Origin: Novosphingobium sp.
GTDB lineage: Bacteria > Pseudomonadota > Alphaproteobacteria > Sphingomonadales > Sphingomonadaceae
Direction of reading: 5' to 3'
Assembly: GCA_046290865.1 (NCBI GenBank)
Contig: JBKBUD010000003.1
Location: forward strand, 8,600 to 72,599
Length of the DNA stretch: 64,000 bases
The position numbers and the translations under genes are program-made. How positions within the stretch are numbered: the first letter of the stretch is position 1; every line of letters starts with the position of its first letter. Below the pieces are notes generated by a model, which did not search any database, was not told the DNA's origin, and saw only the letters and a program-made list of their open reading frames with translations. Positions 10,256-20,172 of this stretch are shown here, piece by piece.

Positions 10256-12073
10256 TTGGCTGACGAAACTCCCCTCGACCGCTTCCGTTCGGTGCTGACC
10301 GGCACTGCGCGGGCGATCTCACTCGATCCCGAGGTCGAGGTGGCGTGGACGGCCGATGCGCCGGTCCAGTCCGGGCAGTCGATGCGCGTGCCGATGCCGG
10401 GGCGCTCGCTTCCGGCAGAGCAGGTTGCCGAAGCGCGCGGCCACGCGGATTCGATGGCGCTGCGCCTGCGGCACCACAACGCCGCGCTGCATGGTCGCAA
10501 TGCACCGACCGAGGCACTGGCACGCGCCTGCTACGATGCTGTCGAGCAGGTGCGTTACGAATCGCTGGGCGCGAATGCCTATGCCGGGATGCGCGGGAAT
10601 CTGGGCGCGGCGCTGGCCATGCGCATGGCGTCGGACCCGATCAGCCGCGCCGCCAAGCCAGAAGACGTGCCATTGCCCACCGCGCTGGCGCTGCTCCTGC
10701 GCGAGAAGCTGACCGGGCAGGTATCCCCCGCCTCGACCTATACCGGCATGGCCATGGTGCGCAGCTGGATCGAGAGCAAGGTCGGCGATGACATCGAAGG
10801 GCTGGCGCTGTCGCTCGACAACCAGCGCGCCTTCCAGCAGCTCGCGCTCGACATGTTGCAGCATCTCGACCTCACGCAGTCCGCGTCAGAGCAGGACGAG
10901 GATACGCAGGACGACGAGGGCGAGGAGCAGGAAGACGAGGGCGAGGAAGAGCCTTCGAACTCCGACGATCAGGAACAGCAGCCGTCCGAAGTTGCGGGCG
11001 ATACCAGCGAGGGCGACGAGGATTCGGACTCCGAGCAGGAAATCGAGCAGGACGATGATGCCGCCGATTCCGACATGGCCGATGAGGGCGAGGAGGGCAT
11101 GCTGCCCACGCGCCCGAACCGTCCGTGGACCGACCTGCCCGAAAACTTCGACTACAAGAGCTACACCACGCAGTTCGACGAGGTCGTCTCCGCCACCGAC
11201 CTGTGCGACGAGGAAGAGCTGACGCGGCTGCGCGCCTACCTCGATACCCAGCTCAAGGGCCTGCAGGGTGTCGTCACGCGCCTCGCCAACCGGCTGCAGC
11301 GCCGCCTGATGGCGCAGCAGAACCGTTCGTGGGACTTCGACCAGGAAGAAGGCCTGCTCGATGCCGCGCGGCTCGCTCGCGTGGTGATCTCGCCCGGGCA
11401 CTCGCTGTCGTACAAGATCGAGCGCGATGTAGAGTTCAAGGACACGATCGTCACGCTGCTGATCGACAACTCCGGCTCGATGCGCGGACGCCCGATCTCT
11501 ATCGCCGCGATCAGCGCCGATATTCTGGCCCGTACATTGGAACGCTGCGGCGTGAAGACCGAAGTGCTCGGCTTCACCACCCGCGCCTGGAAGGGCGGGC
11601 AGAGCCGCGAGGCCTGGCTGGCGGGCGGCAAGCCATCGCAACCGGGCCGTCTCAACGACTTGCGCCACATCGTCTACAAGAAGGCGGACGAGCCGTGGCG
11701 CCGGGCACGCAAGAATCTCGGCCTGATGATGCGCGAGGGCCTGCTCAAGGAAAACATCGACGGCGAGGCGCTGCTGTGGGCGCACACCCGCCTGCTCGCC
11801 CGGCCCGAGGATCGCCGCATCCTGATGGTCATCTCCGACGGCGCGCCGGTCGACGATTCAACACTGTCAGTCAACAACGCAGGGTATCTCGAACAGCACC
11901 TGCGCAAGGTGATCGACTGGATCGAGAAACAATCGCCAGTGCAACTCGTCGCCATCGGCATAGGCCACGACGTGACGCGGTATTACCGTCGCGCGGTAAC
12001 CATCATGGACGCGGAACAGTTGGGCGGCACGATTATCGAACAGCTCGCGGATCTGTTCGAGGATGAGAGCTGA
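10256..12073 (+). CDS. cobT: Cobaltochelatase subunit CobT
   Basis: TTG start; acidic linker; [20 protein letters not shown]; vWA MIDAS DNSGSM; [10 protein letters not shown]; [11 protein letters not shown]. Confidence 0.93.
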   Translation: MADETPLDRFRSVLTGTARAISLDPEVEVAWTADAPVQSGQSMRVPMPGRSLPAEQVAEARGHADSMALRLRHHNAALHGRNAPTEALARACYDAVEQVRYESLGANAYAGMRGNLGAALAMRMASDPISRAAKPEDVPLPTALALLLREKLTGQVSPASTYTGMAMVRSWIESKVGDDIEGLALSLDNQRAFQQLALDMLQHLDLTQSASEQDEDTQDDEGEEQEDEGEEEPSNSDDQEQQPSEVAGDTSEGDEDSDSEQEIEQDDDAADSDMADEGEEGMLPTRPNRPWTDLPENFDYKSYTTQFDEVVSATDLCDEEELTRLRAYLDTQLKGLQGVVTRLANRLQRRLMAQQNRSWDFDQEEGLLDAARLARVVISPGHSLSYKIERDVEFKDTIVTLLIDNSGSMRGRPISIAAISADILARTLERCGVKTEVLGFTTRAWKGGQSREAWLAGGKPSQPGRLNDLRHIVYKKADEPWRRARKNLGLMMREGLLKENIDGEALLWAHTRLLARPEDRRILMVISDGAPVDDSTLSVNNAGYLEQHLRKVIDWIEKQSPVQLVAIGIGHDVTRYYRRAVTIMDAEQLGGTIIEQLADLFEDES

Positions 12074-12131
12074 GCGATTTCATTTATGCGATTTCGCTTG
12101 TCATCTTCATTACAGCGTTTAACCAAGGCTC

Positions 12132-12824
12132 ATGATCTGGGGGTGGGGTTTCGGGGGCGCGGCTGCGGCCGTTTTGGTTTTGGCATATCTGCCATTACAG
12201 GCAGCAATTGCGCAGGAGGCGACGGCCACGGCGCAATCTCCGGCGCCAACTGCACAAGTTGATACTCCGTCTCAGCCACCGCTCGACGCTTGTGCAGCAG
12301 CCTTGGCCGCGCAGCGGCAGGGTACATGCATTCCGGCGCTGACGCCAGTTCAGATCGAACTTTCCGAACCGCTCTCGAGTCGATCGAGCGTCACCGGTCA
12401 GACCTTTGGCCTGGCTCTCGCTTCGCCGATCTCGATAGGCGGAAATGCCCTGATCGCGGCAGGGGCGAAGGGGCAGGGCGAGGTCGTTCATGCCAAGAAG
12501 ACAGGCGTCGGCGTCGGTGGTGAACTGGTGCTCGCCGCGCGGTTTCTTCAGATCGGCGAGCAGCGATTGCGGTTGCGCAGCATGCATCTGAACGGCACCG
12601 GCAGGGACCAGCAGGGGCTCGCCTTCGCTGTTGGCGTGGCGGTCGGCTTTCCAGCACTCTTTGTAAGGGGCAAGCACATTGACGTGCCTGCCGGCGCATT
12701 CGCCGATGCCAAGACGGCAGAGGCGTTCTGGGTCGATGCCCCGGCCGACGCTGCCGAGAAGCCCGGCGAGCCTGCTCCGATTGAAAAAGTTGTGACGAAG
12801 GAAGGGGTTTCCAATGTTCCGTAA
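12132..12824 (+). CDS. Hypothetical exported protein
   Basis: Hydrophobic N-terminus; beta-rich core (VQIELSEPLSS...GQGEVVHAKK...GGELVL); overlaps the start of the next gene. Confidence 0.6.
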   Translation: MIWGWGFGGAAAAVLVLAYLPLQAAIAQEATATAQSPAPTAQVDTPSQPPLDACAAALAAQRQGTCIPALTPVQIELSEPLSSRSSVTGQTFGLALASPISIGGNALIAAGAKGQGEVVHAKKTGVGVGGELVLAARFLQIGEQRLRLRSMHLNGTGRDQQGLAFAVGVAVGFPALFVRGKHIDVPAGAFADAKTAEAFWVDAPADAAEKPGEPAPIEKVVTKEGVSNVP

Positions 12825-13368
12825 GACTGCAATTTCTCTGGCTCTGGCCGCATCGACGCTGACCAGCCCGGTGCTGGCCGCTGAGAAGTCCGATGCGCCT
12901 GCCGCACCGATTGCGATTCCTGCACCGCCTGCTGGCAAGGGGCAGGTCGTGTTCTTCCGTCCCGGCGGTATGGGCTTTGCTGTCGGTTGCTCGGTCAATG
13001 AAAAGGGCCAGAAGGTCAGCTCGCTTGGCGCGGGCCGCTACTTCGTCATGGTGACCGAGCCGGGACGTCATGAGTTCACCGTGAAGAGCGAGGCGAAGGA
13101 CGTTCTCGCTCTCGAAGTTGAAGCAGACGAAACCCAGTATGCGACGTGCCGCATCAAGATGGGCATCATGGTCGGCCGTCCTGACCTTGCACCTTCCACC
13201 GAGGCTGACTTCCGCAAGAACAACAAGCTGAAGCTGGTCGATGCCGACGACATGGGGCCGGGTGAGGGTGCGCTTCGCCCTGACCAGCTTGCCGCTGCGC
13301 TCGCAGCATCTGCCCCAGCGCCTGCAGCCGCAGCAGCTCCAGCCGAAGCGCCCGCAGCCGCAAACTGA
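12814..13368 (+). CDS. DUF2846-like exported protein
   Basis: Signal peptide; PPAGKGQVVFFRP...EPGRHEF...LEVEADETQY pattern; Ala/Pro-rich tail. Confidence 0.7.
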   Translation: MFRKTAISLALAASTLTSPVLAAEKSDAPAAPIAIPAPPAGKGQVVFFRPGGMGFAVGCSVNEKGQKVSSLGAGRYFVMVTEPGRHEFTVKSEAKDVLALEVEADETQYATCRIKMGIMVGRPDLAPSTEADFRKNNKLKLVDADDMGPGEGALRPDQLAAALAASAPAPAAAAAPAEAPAAAN

Positions 13369-13422
13369 CCCAACATGCATGCCGGGTTGACGCCCCTTCT
13401 TTAACCGGGCAGTTAATCCGGC

Positions 13423-14094
13423 ATGAGCACGATGACCGTCAGCCAAGCCGTCCTTTCCCGCCGTTCGATCCGGGCGTTCAAGCCCGACCCCGTTCCGCTT
13501 GAAACGCTGCGCAGGGTCATGGACAAGGCGCGTTGGGCGCCCTCTGGCTGCAACTTCCAGCCTTGGGAAGCCACCATCGTCACCGGTGCGCCACTGGCCG
13601 AGCTTCAGCAGAAGATGCTGGCCTCGCCGATGCAGGACCCGATCGAGTACTCCTGGTCCGATCCGGAAGTGATTCCCGAATGCAAAGCCCGGCTGCACGC
13701 TGTCGGTGCTGCGATGTACACGGCGATGGGCGTCGGCAGGAGTGATGCCGATGCGCGCGCGGATTTTGTGCGCAGCAACGCGACGTCGTTCGGCGCTCCC
13801 GCTGTGCTGCTCTGCTACTTCGACCGCCGCATGGGGCCGCCGCAGTGGTCCGACGTCGGCATGTGGCTGCAGACTGTGATGCTGCTGCTGCGCGAGGAGG
13901 GGCTTGATTCCTGTCCGCAGGAATTCCTTTCGATGTATGCTAGGCTGATCAAGGAGTTCATCGGCGTCTCCGATGAAAGCCACATCTTCTTCTGTGGCAT
14001 CGCCATCGGTTATCGCGTGGAGGACAATCCCGTGAACGGCTTCCCGCGCGAGCGCGAGCCGGTTGATGGCAACGTCCGCTTCCTCGGGTTCTGA
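13423..14094 (+). CDS. Nitroreductase family protein (copy 1)
   Basis: SRRSIRAF, APSGCNFQPW, FGAP and CGIAIGY motifs. Confidence 0.92.
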   Translation: MSTMTVSQAVLSRRSIRAFKPDPVPLETLRRVMDKARWAPSGCNFQPWEATIVTGAPLAELQQKMLASPMQDPIEYSWSDPEVIPECKARLHAVGAAMYTAMGVGRSDADARADFVRSNATSFGAPAVLLCYFDRRMGPPQWSDVGMWLQTVMLLLREEGLDSCPQEFLSMYARLIKEFIGVSDESHIFFCGIAIGYRVEDNPVNGFPREREPVDGNVRFLGF

Positions 14095-14103
14095 GACCTT
14101 GCG

Positions 14104-14775
14104 ATGGACTTGACCGAGGCAGTGATGTCGCGGCGCTCGGTCCGCAGTTTCCGGCCTGATCCGGTGCCTGTCGAGGTTCTGCGGCGGGTTCTTGAAAAGG
14201 CACAGCGCGCTCCATCGGGCGGAAACGTGCAGCCCTGGAATGCGCATGTTCTTGCGGGCGAGCCGCTTGCCCGCCTGGTTGCGGCTGTAGCCGAGGTCAT
14301 ACCCCTAGGTCGCGCTGCGCATTCGCCAGAGTACGCAGTCTATCCGCCTGAATTGGAAGGAGCCTACGAAGCGCGGCGCTTCGGGGTAGGTGAGGCAATG
14401 TATGCCGCGCTCGGCATCGGACGCGAGGACAAGCGGGGTCGGCTCGGCCAGTTCATGAACAACTTCCAAGCCTTCGGCGCGCCTGCGCTGATGCTGGTGC
14501 ATACGCCGCGCTACATGGGGCCGCCGCAATGGTCCGACATGGGCATGTGGCTGCAGACGGTAATGCTCCTGCTGCGCGAGGAGGGTCTCGATTCCTGCGC
14601 GCAGGAGGCTTGGGCGGTCTATCAGAAGCAAATCCGGCAGTGCGTCGATCTGCCGGAAGATCATGTCTTCTTCTGCGGTCTGGCCATCGGCTGGCGCGAT
14701 CCGGCAGCACCTGTGAATCAGTTCGAAGTGCCGAGGGCGCCGCTCGAGGACGTGGTCACTTTCGAAGGCTTCTGA
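14104..14775 (+). CDS. Nitroreductase family protein (copy 2)
   Basis: SRRSVRSF, APSGGNVQPW, FGAP and CGLAIGW motifs; same length (223 aa) as the upstream paralogue. Confidence 0.92.
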   Translation: MDLTEAVMSRRSVRSFRPDPVPVEVLRRVLEKAQRAPSGGNVQPWNAHVLAGEPLARLVAAVAEVIPLGRAAHSPEYAVYPPELEGAYEARRFGVGEAMYAALGIGREDKRGRLGQFMNNFQAFGAPALMLVHTPRYMGPPQWSDMGMWLQTVMLLLREEGLDSCAQEAWAVYQKQIRQCVDLPEDHVFFCGLAIGWRDPAAPVNQFEVPRAPLEDVVTFEGF

Positions 14776-14847
14776 CGTCGGATTGATACAATTTGCTCGG
14801 CTGTGACGGGTGTATCGCTTGGCATCTGCGCTGCAACGCGCCTATGC

Positions 14848-14863
14848 TGTGCCAAACGGCACA
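14848..14863. promoter_or_regulatory. CRP-family-like palindrome TGTGC-N6-GCACA upstream of the CHAT/CHASE2/TPS operon
   Basis: TGTGCCAAACGGCACA is a perfect 6-bp inverted repeat with the TGTG-N8-CACA geometry of CRP boxes, ~90 bp before the ATG. Confidence 0.4.
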
Positions 14864-14955
14864 AGAGTCCTCGGGTTACGCAAGATATTGGCTGCAATTG
14901 GCCATTGCTCTGCAACGGACGTTCCGTCCAGCGGGGCAGGCCGGGAGAGCATGTG

Positions 14956-17900
14956 ATGCGTGACCGTCAGGCAGGACATTGGGCAAGGCTCGGCGCGGGT
15001 GTTGCGGGAATTGCTCTGATGCTGGGGGCAACCTGTGGCTCTGCCGCAGCCAGAGAGGAATCGCTGCTTCTGCGCGATAGCTTTCCGCTCGGCGCAGGCG
15101 GCAGCAAGGCCCTGTGTCAGGTGCAATCCCGCACCGTCGATCCCGCCAACAGCAATCCGATGGACCGGACGTGGGCCATCGTATGCCGCGATTCCGCGCT
15201 GCCTGTCGGCTATGTCTTCGCCCTGCGCCACGGCCAGGACGATGAACTGGCGCGGCTTGCGCAGCGGCGTGGGGACAAGGTGAACTGTGCTAGCAAGACC
15301 GCCGCCTCCGTCGGTGGACGAATGCGGCAGGAGTGTCGCTGGAAGGACCCGGACCTCGCCTATGAGGTCGTGAGTGTTGCGCGTGGCAACACGACCTTCG
15401 TCGTCGAGGGCTTCTCTGCCTATCATGGTGCCCTCGATCTCGCCCTGCGCTCGATCTACGCCGATCGCCTGCTCGACGAGCCGATCGAGGTCGCCACGAC
15501 ATCGGTGAACGACACTGAGGCCTATGCGCGTATTCAGGCGCTGACGCTCGATCCGGCAACGGCGCTGGCCGAGGGTTACCGCCGCAACAATTCCGGCGAC
15601 TATGCTGAAGCCGCTGCCTACTTCGAGACGCTCGACCAGCGTCAGGCCTCGACCGGAGACGTGCCGATCGACCGGGTCGAGTTCCTCGTCAATGCTGGCC
15701 TGCAACGCTCGAACCTCGGTCAGTTTTCCGAGGCAGACCGCCTCTTTGCCGAAGCCGATGCGATGCCGGCAGGCAGCGGTGTAGTGGAGCGTCTGCGGCG
15801 TAACTACGAAGCGATCCACCTGCTCAATCAGGAGTTCTATGCCAAGGCGCTGGAGCGACTTGGCGCGCCGCTGCGCCAGACCAGCGCGATGGGGGCCGAC
15901 AGCTTGCGCGCGACGATGGAACTGACGCCATCGGTTTCCCGCCGGATCAATGCTTCGGACCTTACCGCCAATGCCATGGGCCTGGTCGATGACTTGCGCC
16001 TGACGGACGATGAACGCGCGACCATTCTCGACGCACAGAGCCTGCAATTGCGGGGCACCGCGTTGCGCCTGCTCGGCCAGCGTAGCGATGCCCGCACGGC
16101 TCTCGAACAGGCGCAGGCTCGCGCTCTGGCGGTACGCAACGGGCGGGTCGTGTCCATCGTCCGGATGCGTGCGCAGTTGCTGACTGAACTGGCAACGCTG
16201 GCCGAGGAAGAAGGCCGATTGCCAGATGCCGAGGCGCTGCTGCGCTCGGCGGTCGACATCGTCGGTGTCCAATATCCCGAGACGCGCAGCATGGCGGCAG
16301 CCCAGGCGCGGCTGGCGGCCTTTCTCGTCCGCCGTGGCCGTCCGGCCGAGGCCGAACCGCTCTATCGCGAAGTGGTGGCGCGTTCGGTGGAGCGGGAGAA
16401 CGGGCTGTCCGGCCTGTCGCGTCAGATGGCGCCATACTTCGATCTTCTGTCTGCGCGCATGGGAGCAGACACGGCAACCAGCGACGCGTTCTTCCAGGCT
16501 TCGCAGGTTCTGGTGCGGCCCGGCGTCGCGGAAACGCAAGCTGTGCTGTCTCGCGAACTTTCGGGTGGAAGCGACGAAGCTGCAAGGCTTTTCCGCCAAT
16601 CGAACAGCCTGACTCGTGCTGTCGAGAGGGCGCGCATGACTTATGCGGCGCTCCAGCGGCTCGATGACGCTGCCGCGCGGACCGACGAGATTGCCGAAGC
16701 GGCCAAGCGCGTCGCGGATCTTGAGGCGCAGGAGCAGGCAACGGTCATCGATCTTGCCAACCATGCGCGCTATCGCGTTGTTACGCAGAGGGTAATTGGC
16801 CAGAAGGAACTTCAGGAGGGCCTTGGCGCGGGCGAGGTCTATGCCAAGATGGCGGTCCTTGGCCCTGATGTGTTCGTGTTCTTTGCGGGCAAGGACAAGG
16901 CGGTGGGCTACCGCGCGCCGATCACGGCGGGCGAACTGGAAAAGTCCGTGCAAGCCGTTCGGGACTCGATTTCGCGCTTCGATGGCAAGCAGTATGTTAC
17001 CGGCACATTTGCCGCGAACGAGGCAGCGGGCATCTTCAAGGCGCTGTTCGGCCCGGTTGCGACTGAACTTGGCGCAGCGCACCATCTGATCTTCGAGCCT
17101 GACGGCGCGATGCTCAAGTTGCCGGTAAATGTGCTGATCGCCGACGAGGCTTCCGCCAAGGCCTATCTGGCGCAGGCAGAGAGCCCAGCGGGAGATCCGT
17201 TCGACCTTCGCGGGGTCAACTGGCTGGCGAAGGACAAGATCGTTTCCACCGCAGTTTCGGCCCGGTCGTTCATGGATGCGCGCAAGCAGCCGGGCTCCAA
17301 GGCTCATGAGGCCTATCTCGGACTTGGGCGCAATGCTGCCGTTTCTGCCACTTCTGCACTGGCAGTCGCCAAAGTGCGCGGCGCAGCGGGTGAGGCCATG
17401 GCGGATTGCAGCTGGCCCTTGGCGACCTGGAACAGACCGATTTCCGAAGCCGAACTGCTCAAGGCGCGCATGTTGCTGTCAGGGCAGGGGACCGACCTGA
17501 TGGTTGGCCCTGCTTTCTCGGATACTGCCATCAAATCACGGGGAGATCTGAACAATTTTCGGATCCTCCACTTCGCCACCCATGGCCTGGTGACGCCCCC
17601 GCAGCCGTCCTGCCCGGCACGTCCGGCTCTGGTGACCTCGTTCGGGCAGCAGGGGTCGGATGGTCTGCTGAGCTTTTCCGAAATATTCGACCTTCGGCTT
17701 GATGCGGACATGGTGATCCTGTCGGCTTGCGATACGGCAGGACAGGCTGACGTTGCAGCAACACGCGACGCGGGGATCGTGACTGGCGGCGGCTCTGCGC
17801 TGGAGGGCCTTGTCCGCGCGTTCATCGGTGCCGGCAGCCGGTCGGTGCTGGCCAGTCACTGGCCCGCTCCGGACGATTTCGATGCAACGGCGCGGCTGAT

Positions 17901-18123
17901 CAACGGGCTGTTCGCGGCAGCGCCCGGAACTGCAACCGGAGAAGCCCTGCTCAAGGCGCAGGATGCGCTTATGGCCGATGTGGATACGTCTCACCCCTAT
18001 TACTGGGCCGGCTTCGCTATTATCGGTGATGCGGCGCGGCCGTTGGTGGCGCAGGGTGCGCGCATGACCGCGGTCCAGCCGATGTTGCCGATGGCCATGA
18101 AAAAGGTTTTGGGGGGAAAGTGA
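14956..18123 (+). CDS. Exported TPR + CHAT-domain (caspase/HetF-like) protease
   Basis: Signal-peptide-like N-terminus; TPR helices; LIFEPDG, LHFATHG (His), VILSACDT (Cys), ASHWP and HPYYWAGF motifs. Start chosen at MRDRQ. Confidence 0.9.
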   Translation: MRDRQAGHWARLGAGVAGIALMLGATCGSAAAREESLLLRDSFPLGAGGSKALCQVQSRTVDPANSNPMDRTWAIVCRDSALPVGYVFALRHGQDDELARLAQRRGDKVNCASKTAASVGGRMRQECRWKDPDLAYEVVSVARGNTTFVVEGFSAYHGALDLALRSIYADRLLDEPIEVATTSVNDTEAYARIQALTLDPATALAEGYRRNNSGDYAEAAAYFETLDQRQASTGDVPIDRVEFLVNAGLQRSNLGQFSEADRLFAEADAMPAGSGVVERLRRNYEAIHLLNQEFYAKALERLGAPLRQTSAMGADSLRATMELTPSVSRRINASDLTANAMGLVDDLRLTDDERATILDAQSLQLRGTALRLLGQRSDARTALEQAQARALAVRNGRVVSIVRMRAQLLTELATLAEEEGRLPDAEALLRSAVDIVGVQYPETRSMAAAQARLAAFLVRRGRPAEAEPLYREVVARSVERENGLSGLSRQMAPYFDLLSARMGADTATSDAFFQASQVLVRPGVAETQAVLSRELSGGSDEAARLFRQSNSLTRAVERARMTYAALQRLDDAAARTDEIAEAAKRVADLEAQEQATVIDLANHARYRVVTQRVIGQKELQEGLGAGEVYAKMAVLGPDVFVFFAGKDKAVGYRAPITAGELEKSVQAVRDSISRFDGKQYVTGTFAANEAAGIFKALFGPVATELGAAHHLIFEPDGAMLKLPVNVLIADEASAKAYLAQAESPAGDPFDLRGVNWLAKDKIVSTAVSARSFMDARKQPGSKAHEAYLGLGRNAAVSATSALAVAKVRGAAGEAMADCSWPLATWNRPISEAELLKARMLLSGQGTDLMVGPAFSDTAIKSRGDLNNFRILHFATHGLVTPPQPSCPARPALVTSFGQQGSDGLLSFSEIFDLRLDADMVILSACDTAGQADVAATRDAGIVTGGGSALEGLVRAFIGAGSRSVLASHWPAPDDFDATARLINGLFAAAPGTATGEALLKAQDALMADVDTSHPYYWAGFAIIGDAARPLVAQGARMTAVQPMLPMAMKKVLGGK

Positions 18124-18126
18124 CGC

Positions 18127-20172
18127 ATGGCACGTGACGACCGCGCAGGCCAAGAGGGGCCGCGCGATATCGGACGCAAGGCAAGGCGCGGTCTGGCGCA
18201 ACTGGGTTGGCAGCGCTCCCTTGTTGCCGTGGTTCTGGTGGCCTTTGCGCTGTTTATCGCCTTCAACAGCTGGCGCTTGCCGCTGCTGCGGGATGCAGAA
18301 GCCGCACTCTATGATCTGCGCGCGGCAAATTTTGCGCCGCCGACCGATACCGACAAGCGCGTCACGCTCGTGGTCTACACGGCCGACACCAACCGCGCGA
18401 CTGGCCAGATATCGCCGGTCGATCGCACGATCCTAGCCAAGGCTCTGACCCAGATCGACCAGTTGGGCGCTAAGGGCATTGGCATCGACGTGCTGTTCGA
18501 CAGCCCGCAGGACGATGACGATCTGCTGCGCGCTTCGCTCAAGGCAATGCACACACCGGTGTTCCTCGCATTTGCCAACAACCGAACTAATCCCGAAGCG
18601 ATCACCTACGAGCAGGAGCAGGACCTCAAGGCTTTTCTGAAGAGCGCGGCGACAGACAGGGTCAAGCCTGCCTCGATCCTGCTGGAGACTGATGCCGATG
18701 GCGTGGCGCGTCGCTGGCCGAGGCAATATGCCGGGTTGCCGCCCTTGCTCTCGGTCGCGCTGACCAATGGAAGCGCCGATGCCGAGCCGCGTTTTGCCGC
18801 GTACACCGGCCCCATCCGCTATCGTGTGCCTTCGGCCAGCGATCGCCCGGTGTTCGACAAGATCCCGATCGATCTCGTTGCTGATCCCGATACTGCGCCT
18901 CTCGTCGCTGACGCGATAAAGGGGCGTTACGTGCTGATCGGTGGCGACTTTTCGGACTTTGACCAGTTCGATACGCCGTTTACCCGCACCGGCAATCCGG
19001 TCACGGGCGAGACGCGCATGATCGGGGTAGAGGTCCACGCCTCGATGCTCGCGCAGTTGCTCGACAAGGCCTGGAAGGAACGACCGGCGGTCTCGCTCAA
19101 GGTCATCGCCGCGGTTCTTGCCGTGGCGCTTGGCGCGGCCACTGCAATAGCGCAAGCGAGGACCTGGGTTCTGGTGCTTTGCGTTCTGGCCCAATTCGCA
19201 CTGTTCCTGTCAGTTCCCTTCATGGTCGAGCGTGCGGGCTACGATACCCTCGACATGCCCGCCACTGGCTGGCTGATCGGCTGGCTCATTGCCTACACCG
19301 CGATCAGCTCAGGCCTCAGGGCGATCAACGCCGCCCAGCGCGAGTTCGCGCAAGGTGCGCTGGGCAAGTATCTGCCGCGCTCGGTCGCGGCCGAGATCAT
19401 GCGCAACCCCGAACGGCTGTCGCTGCACGGTGAAAAACGCGAAATCTTCTGCCTGTTCAGTGACCTCGAGGGGTTCACCAAGCTCACCCATGCGGTTGAG
19501 CCGGAGATGATTGCGCGTCTGCTCAATGAATATCTCGACCGGCTGAGCGCGGTGGTGCTGCAGTACGGCGGCACGCTCGACAAGTTCGTGGGCGATGCGG
19601 TGGTCGCCTTCTGGGGGGCGCCGATTGCTTATCCCGATGACGGCGAGCGTGCGGTCAAAGCCGCATGGGCAATGTATCTGGCGGGCGAGGAATTCCGCAA
19701 GTCGGTGCCCGAAGGCGTACCGAAGATCGGCAGGACCCGTGTTGGCGTGCACTATGGCGAAGCAGTGGTCGGCAATTTCGGGGGTGAGGGCCGGATCCAG
19801 TACACCGCGCTCGGCGACGCGATGAACACCGCGGCGCGACTGGAAGGGGCGAACAAGCCGCTCGACACCCGGGTGCTGGTCAGTCGCGAGGCCGCGGAAC
19901 GGTCGGGCCTCGACTGGTTCAGGCCGATGGGGTCGGTGACCCTGCGCGGGCGCAAGACCCCGGTCGAGGTGTTCGAGCCGGTCCCTGATCTGGCCGATGC
20001 CCATCGCGCGCTTGCTGACGAGGCGGTCACGGCGCATGCGCTGGGTGACACGGATCGTGTGAAAGCTCTCACAGACACAATCCTCGAATCGGCGCATGAC
20101 GACGATGCGATGATGAACCTGATCCAGAGATTGCGACAGACGCACAAGGGAGAGAGTTATGTTCTTGGTTGA
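18127..20172 (+). CDS. CHASE2-domain class III adenylate cyclase
   Basis: N-terminal TM, CHASE2 (IGIDVLFD...DADGVARR...GVEVHA), three TMs, then FSDLEGFT, DKFVGDA and YTALGDAMNTAARLE. The Lys/Thr specificity residues indicate ATP. Confidence 0.93.
   Translation: MARDDRAGQEGPRDIGRKARRGLAQLGWQRSLVAVVLVAFALFIAFNSWRLPLLRDAEAALYDLRAANFAPPTDTDKRVTLVVYTADTNRATGQISPVDRTILAKALTQIDQLGAKGIGIDVLFDSPQDDDDLLRASLKAMHTPVFLAFANNRTNPEAITYEQEQDLKAFLKSAATDRVKPASILLETDADGVARRWPRQYAGLPPLLSVALTNGSADAEPRFAAYTGPIRYRVPSASDRPVFDKIPIDLVADPDTAPLVADAIKGRYVLIGGDFSDFDQFDTPFTRTGNPVTGETRMIGVEVHASMLAQLLDKAWKERPAVSLKVIAAVLAVALGAATAIAQARTWVLVLCVLAQFALFLSVPFMVERAGYDTLDMPATGWLIGWLIAYTAISSGLRAINAAQREFAQGALGKYLPRSVAAEIMRNPERLSLHGEKREIFCLFSDLEGFTKLTHAVEPEMIARLLNEYLDRLSAVVLQYGGTLDKFVGDAVVAFWGAPIAYPDDGERAVKAAWAMYLAGEEFRKSVPEGVPKIGRTRVGVHYGEAVVGNFGGEGRIQYTALGDAMNTAARLEGANKPLDTRVLVSREAAERSGLDWFRPMGSVTLRGRKTPVEVFEPVPDLADAHRALADEAVTAHALGDTDRVKALTDTILESAHDDDAMMNLIQRLRQTHKGESYVLG

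Noticed and set aside
13401-13416. CtrA box TTAA-N7-TTAA
   Set aside because: The spacer is 8 nt (TTAACCGGGCAGTTAA); better explained as part of the hairpin.
14956-18123. CRISPR-associated (Craspase) or gasdermin-linked anti-phage role for the TPR-CHAT protein
   Set aside because: No cas genes, array or gasdermin in the window; the protein appears exported and sits with TPS/CHASE2 genes.
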